From Auanema rhodensis (Eukaryota > Animalia > Nematoda), in the NCBI GenBank assembly GCA_964057225.1, contig CAXKVF010000088.1:1-64000 (forward strand): DNA of 64,000 bases, written 5' to 3'. The notes below the pieces were generated by a model. The model saw only the letters and a program-made list of their open reading frames with translations, had not been told where the DNA came from and did no database searches. The stretch's first letter is position 1; every line of letters starts with the position of its first letter. Position numbers and translations under genes: made by a program. This document shows positions 57,501-64,000 of the stretch, in pieces.

Positions 57501-60329
57501 TCTCTTTATCTTTCACGTGAAGCGAGTTACATACCAAGTGCACATCACGTGTACATTTAATTAGCATAAATTAAAGTTCACGTAAATTTCAAAGTCATGG
57601 TTACCATGCACCAATATCAATAAAAATTTGTTTTTAGACTAATATGGACATGGGGAATCTAATTTTGAAAACCGCATCTCTTTATCTTTCACGTGAAGCG
57701 AGTTACATACCAAGTGCACATCACGTGTACATTTAATTAGCATAAATTAAAGTTCACGTAAATTTCAAAGTCATGGTTACCATGCACCAATATCAATAAA
57801 AATTTGTTTTTAGACTAATATGGACATGGGGAATCTAATTTTGAAAACCGCATCTCTTTATCTTTCACGTGAAGCGAGTTACATACCAAGTGCACATCAC
57901 GTGTACATTTAATTAGCATAAATTAAAGTTCACGTAAATTTCAAAGTCATGGTTACCATGCACCAATATCAATAAAAATTTGTTTTTAGACTAATATGGA
58001 CATGGGGAATCTAATTTTGAAAACCGCATCTCTTTATCTTTCACGTGAAGCGAGTTACATACCAAGTGCACATCACGTGTACATTTAATTAGCATAAATT
58101 AAAGTTCACGTAAATTTCAAAGTCATGGTTACCATGCACCAATATCAATAAAAATTTGTTTTTAGACTAATATGGACATGGGGAATCTAATTTTGAAACC
58201 GCATCTCTTTATCTTTCACGTGAAGCGAGTTACATACCAAGTGCACATCACGTGTACATTTAATTAGCATAAATTAAAGTTCACGTAAATTTCAAAGTCA
58301 TGGTTACCATGAACCAATATCAATAAAAATTTGTTTTTAGACTAATATGGACATGGGGAATCTAATTTTGAAAACCGCATCTCTTTATCTTTCACGTGAA
58401 GCGAGTTACATACCAAGTGCACATCACGTGTACATTTAATTAGCATAAATTAAAGTTCACGTAAATTTCAAAGTCATGGTTACCATGAACCAATATCAAT
58501 AAAAATTTGTTTTTAGACTAATATGGACATGGGGAATCTAATTTTGGAAACCGCATCTCTTTATCTTTCACGTGAAGCGAGTTACATACCAAGTGCACAT
58601 CACGTGTACATTTAATTAGCATAAATTAAAGTTCACGTAAATTTCAAAGTCATGGTTACCATGAAGCAATATCAATAAAAATTTGTTTTTAGACTAATAT
58701 GGACATGGGGAAACTAATTTTGAAAACCGCATCTCTTTATCTTTCACGTGAAGCGAGTTACATACCAAGTGCACATCACGTGTACATTTAATTAGCATAA
58801 ATTAAAGTTCACGTAAATTTCAAAGTCATGGTTACCATGAACCAATATCAATAAAAATTTGTTTTTAGACTAATATGGACATGGGGAATCTAATTTTGAA
58901 AACCGCATCTCTTTATCTTTCACGTGAAGCGAGTTACATACCAAGTGCACATCACGTGTACATTTAATTAGCATAAATTAAAGTTCACGTAAATTTCAAA
59001 GTCATGGTTACCATGAAGCCATATCAATAAAAATTTGTTTTTAGACTAATATGGACATGGGGAATCTAATTTTGAAAACCGCATCTCTTTTTCTTTCACG
59101 TGAAGCGAGTTACATACCAAGTGCACATCACGTGTACATTTAATTAGCATAAATTAAAGTTCACGTAAATTTCAAAGTCATGGTTACCATGAAGCAATAT
59201 CAATAAAAATTTGTTTTTAGACTAATATGGACATGGGGAATCTAATTTTGAAAACCGCATCTCTTTATCTTTCACGTGAAGCGAGTTACATACCAAGTGC
59301 ACATCACGTGTACATTTAATTAGCATAAATTAAAGTTCACGTAAATTTCAAAGTCATGGTTACCATGAAGCAATATCAATAAAAATTTGTTTTTAGACTA
59401 ATATGGACATGGGGAATCTAATTTTGAAAACCGCATCTCTTTATCTTTCACGTGAAGCGAGTTACATACCAAGTGCACATCACGTGTACATTTAATTAGC
59501 ATAAATTAAAGTTCACGTAAATTTCAAAGTCATGGTTACCATGAACCAATATCAATAAAAATTTGTTTTTAGACTAATATGGACATGGGGAATCTAATTT
59601 TGAAAACCGCATCTCTTTATCTTTCACGTGAAGCGAGTTACATACCAAGTGCACATCACGTGTACATTTAATTAGCATAAATTAAAGTTCACGTAAATTT
59701 CAAAGTCATGGTTACCATGAAGCCATATCAATAAAAATTTGTTTTTAGACTAATATGGACATGGGGAATCTAATTTTGAAAACCGCATCTCTTTATCTTT
59801 CACGTGAAGCGAGTTACATACCAAGTGCACATCACGTGTACATTTAATTAGCATAAATTAAAGTTCACGTAAATTTCAAAGTCGTGGTTACCATGAAGCA
59901 ATATCAATAAAAATTTGTTTTTAGACTAATATGGACATGGGGAATCTAATTTTGAAAACCGCATCTCTTTATCTTTCACGTGAAGCGAGTTACATACCAA
60001 GTGCACATCACGTGTACATTTAATTAGCATAAATTAAAGTTCACGTAAATTTCAAAGTCATGGTTACCATGAAGCAATATCAATAAAAATTTGTTTTTAG
60101 ACTAATATGGACATGGGGAATCTAATTTTGAAAACCGCATCTCTTTATCTTTCACGTGAAGCGAGTTACATACCAAGTGCACATCACGTGTACATTTAAT
60201 TAGCATAAATTAAAGTTCACGTAAATTTCAAAGTCATGGTTACCATGAACCAATATCAATAAAAATTTGTTTTTAGACTAATATGGACATGGGGAATCTA
60301 ATTTTGAAAACCGCATCTCTTTATCTTTC

Positions 60330-63300
60330 ACGTGAAGCGAGTTACATACCAAGTGCACATCACGTGTACATTTAATTAGCATAAATTAAAGTTCACGTAA
60401 ATTTCAAAGTCATGGTTACCATAAAGCAATATCAATAAAAATTTGTTTTTAGACTAATATGGACATGGGGAATCTAATTTTGAAAACCGCATCTCTTTAT
60501 CTTTCACGTGAAGCGAGTTACATACCAAGTGCACATCACGTGTACATTTAATTAGCATAAATTAAAGTTCACGTAAATTTCAAAGTCATGGTTACCATGC
60601 ACCAATATCAATAAAAATTTGTTTTTAGACTAATATGGACATGGGGGATCTAATTTTGAAAACCGCATCTCTTTATCTTTCACGTGAAGCGAGTTACATA
60701 CCAATTGCACATCACGTGTAGATTTAATTAGCATAAATTAAAGTTCACGTAAATTTCAAAGTCATGGTTACCATGAACCAATATCAATAAAAATTTGTTT
60801 TTAGACTAATATGGACATGGGTAATCTAATTTTGAAAACCGCATCTCTTTATCTTTCACGTGAAGCGAGTTACATACCAAGTGCACATCACGTGTACATT
60901 TAATTAGCATAAATCAAAGTTCACGTAAATTTCAAAGTCATGGTTACCATGCACCAATATCAATAAAAATTTGTTTTTAGACTAATATGGACATGGGGGA
61001 TCTAATTTTGAAAACCGCATCTCTTTATCTTTCACGTGAAGCGAGTTACATACCAAGTGCACATCACGTGTACATTTAATTAGCATAAATTAAAGTTCAC
61101 GTAAATTTCAAAGTCATGGTTACCATGAACCAATATCAATAAAAATTTGTTTTTAGACTAATATGGACATGGGGAATCTAATTTTGGAAACCGCATCTCT
61201 TTATCTTTCACGTGAAGCGAGTTACATACCAAGTGCACATCACGTGTACATTTAATTAGCATAAATTAAAGTTCACGTAAATTTCAAAGTCATGGTTACC
61301 ATGAACCAATATCAATAAAAATTTGTTTTTAGACTAATATGGACATGGGGAATCTAATTTTGAAAACCGCATCTCTTTATCTTTCACGTGAAGCGAGTTA
61401 CATACCAAGTGCACATCACGTGTACATTTAATTAGCATAAATTAAAGTTCACGTAAATTTCAAAGTCATGGTTACCATGAAGCCATATCAATAAAAATTT
61501 GTTTTTAGACTAATATGGACATGGGGAATCTAATTTTGAAAACCGCATCTCTTTATCTTTCACGTGAAGCGAGTTACATACCAAGTGCACATCACGTGTA
61601 CATTTAATTAGCATAAATTAAAGTTCACGTAAATTTCAAAGTCATGGTTACCATAAAGCAATATCAATAAAAATTTGTTTTTAGACTAATATGGACATGG
61701 GGAATCTAATTTTGAAAACCGCATCTCTTTATCTTTCACGTGAAGCGAGTTACATACCAAGTGCACATCACGTGTACATTTAATTAGCATAAATTAAAGT
61801 TCACGTAAATTTCAAAGTCATGGTTACCATGAACCAATATCAATAAAAATTTGTTTTTAGACTAATATGGACATGGGGAATCTAATTTTGAAAACCGCAT
61901 CTCTTTATCTTTCACGTGAAGCGAGTTACATACCAAGTGCACATCACGTGTACATTTAATTAGCATAAATTAAAGTTCACGTAAATTTCAAAGTCATGGT
62001 TACCATAAAGCAATATCAATAAAAATTTGTTTTTAGACTAATATGGACATGGGGAATCTAATTTTGAAAACCGCATCTCTTTATCTTTCACGTGAAGCGA
62101 GTTACATACCAAGTGCACATCACGTGTACATTTAATTAGCATAAATTAAAGTTCACGTAAATTTCAAAGTCATGGTTACCATGCACCAATATCAATAAAA
62201 ATTTGTTTTTAGACTAATATGGACATGGGGGATCTAATTTTGAAAACCGCATCTCTTTATCTTTTACGTGAAGCGAGTTACATACCAAGTGCACATCACG
62301 TGTAGATTTAATTAGCATAAATTAAAGTTCACGTAAATTTCAAAGTCATGGTTACCATGAACCAATATCAATAAAAATTTGTTTTTAGACTAATATGGAC
62401 ATGGGTAATCTAATTTTGAAAACCGCATCTCTTTATCTTTCACGTGAAGCGAGTTACATACCAAGTGCACATCACGTGTACATTTAATTAGCATAAATCA
62501 AAGTTCACGTAAATTTCAAAGTCATGGTTACCATGCACCAATATCAATAAAAATTTGTTTTTAGACTAATATGGACATGGGGGATCTAATTTTGAAAACC
62601 GCATCTCTTTATCTTTCACGTGAAGCGAGTTACATACCAAGTGCACATCACGTGTACATTTAATTAGCATAAATTAAAGTTCACGTAAATTTCAAAGTCA
62701 TGGTTACCATGAAGCAATATCAATAAAAATTTGTTTTTAGACTAATATGGACATGGGGAATCTAATTTTGGAAACCGCATCTCTTTATCTTTCACGTGAA
62801 GCGAGTTACATACCAAGTGCACATCACGTGTACATTTAATTAGCATAAATTAAAGTTCACGTAAATTTCAAAGTCATGGTTACCATGAAGCAATATCAAT
62901 AAAAATTTGTTTTCAGACTAATATGGACATGGGGGATCTAATTTTGAAAACCGCATCTCTTTATCTTTCACGTGAAGCGAGTTACATACCAAGTGCACAT
63001 CACGTGTAGATTTAATTAGCATAAATTAAAGTTCACGTAAATTTCAAAGTCATGGTTACCATGAACCAATATCAATAAAAATTTGTTTTTAGACTAATAT
63101 GGACATGGGGAATCTAATTTTGGAAACCGCATCTCTTTATCTTTCACGTGAAGCGAGTTACATACCAAGTGCACATCACGTGTACATTTAATTAGCATAA
63201 ATTAAAGTTCACGTAAATTTCAAAGTCATGGTTACCATGAAGCAATATCAATAAAAATTTGTTTTTAGACTAATATGGACATGGGGGATCTAATTTTGAA

Positions 63301-64000
63301 AACCGCATCTCTTTATCTTTCACGTGAAGCGAGTTACATACCAAGTGCACATCACGTGTAGATTTAATTAGCATAAATTAAAGTTCACGTAAATTTCAAA
63401 GTCATGGTTACCATAAAGCAATATCAATAAAAATTTGTTTTTAGACTAATATGGACATGGGGAATCTAATTTTGAAAACCGCATCTCTTTATCTTTCACG
63501 TGAAGCGAGTTACATACCAAGTGCACATCACGTGTACATTTAATTAGCATAAATTAAAGTTCACGTAAATTTCAAAGTCATGGTTACCATGAACCAATAT
63601 CAATAAAAATTTGTTTCTAGACTAATATGGACATGAGTAATCTAATTTTGAAAACCGCATCTCTTTATCTTTCACGTGAAGCGAGTTACATACCAAGTGC
63701 ACATCACGTGTACATTTAATTAGCATAAATCAAAGTTCACGTAAATTTCAAAGTCATGGTTACCATGCACCAATATCAATAAAAATTTGTTTTTAGACTA
63801 ATATGGACATGGGGGATCTAATTTTGAAAACCGCATCTCTTTATCTTTCACGTGAAGCGAGTTACATACCAAGTGCACATCACGTGTACATTTAATTAGC
63901 ATAAATTAAAGTTCACGTAAATTTCAAAGTCATGGTTACCATGAATCAATATCAATAAAAATTTGTTTTTAGACTAATATGGACATGGGGAATCTAATTT
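60330..64000 (+). repeat. Imperfect 9-monomer (1584 bp) higher-order duplication plus a rearranged third copy
   Basis: CCATAAAGC 60423/62007, GTAGATT 60721/62305, GGGTAAT 60822/62406, AAATCAAAG 60915/62499 and TTGGAAA 61187/62771. Partial third set at 63415-63815. Confidence 0.82.

Larger units (their letters stand above)
1..64000 (+). repeat. Tandem satellite DNA array, 176-bp monomer, ~363 copies, candidate centromeric/pericentromeric satellite
   Basis: The same unit recurs with an exact 176-bp period in the clean region (GTGAAGCGAG at 10178 and 10354; AAGTGCACAT at 10021 and 10901 = 5x176). 56/176 bases are G+C. No unique sequence or strand switch seen, and the array runs off both ends. 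The centromeric role is inferred from monomer size and homogeneity only. Confidence 0.99.

Noticed and set aside
1-64000. CRISPR array or other repeat-spacer system
   Set aside because: There are no unique spacers. The sequence between palindromes is as conserved as the palindromes, and no cas genes or leader are present.
1-64000. Assignment to known 176-178-bp satellites (Brassica CentBr, Arabidopsis CEN178, honeybee AluI family)
   Set aside because: Only the length agrees. The consensus lacks the HindIII (AAGCTT) and AluI (AGCT) sites that characterise those families, and I recognise no sequence similarity. A database search is needed.
1-64000. Tandem 5S rRNA, tRNA, snRNA or spliced-leader gene array
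   Set aside because: No recognisable 5S or tRNA sequence, Pol III A/B/C boxes or cloverleaf on either strand. The low GC and short local dyads do not fit these RNAs.
1-64000. CENP-B box or telomeric repeats
   Set aside because: No NTTCGNNNNANNCGGGN match and no TTAGG/TTAGGG/TTTAGGG runs. Isolated TTAGG in the first 10 kb results from 1-bp G insertions.
1-64000. Single-molecule concatemer artefact (rolling-circle or PCR) as origin of the array
   Set aside because: Position-specific substitutions recur in ordered, nested higher-order patterns and regional domains, which indicates evolutionary history rather than copying of one template.

Overview
The whole 64-kb window is one uninterrupted head-to-tail tandem array of a 176-bp AT-rich satellite (about 363 copies, about 32% GC, one orientation throughout). 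Consensus, e.g. 10178-10353: GTGAAGCGAGTTACATACCAAGTGCACATCACGTGTACATTTAATTAGCATAAATTAAAGTTCACGTAAATTTCAAAGTCATGGTTACCATGAACCAATATCAATAAAAATTTGTTTTTAGACTAATATGGACATGGGGAATCTAATTTTGAAAACCGCATCTCTTTATCTTTCAC. Monomers usually differ from consensus by 0-3 substitutions. I found no credible gene, RNA gene, transposon or CRISPR array, and the single ORF is an indel artefact. Size and homogeneity fit a eukaryotic centromeric or pericentromeric satellite, but I cannot assign the family or species from the sequence. Points of interest: (i) the monomer is largely a chain of short dyad symmetries with two CACGTG E-boxes; (ii) diagnostic variants reveal nested higher-order duplications (7-, 8-, 9-, 13- and 23-mers, a 27-mer block repeated 75 monomers away, and a decayed 16-17-kb super-duplication); (iii) the variant repertoire switches at about 44.7 kb; (iv) the first 10 kb is indel-noisy, probably low-quality consensus. 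All counts and coordinates were read by eye.
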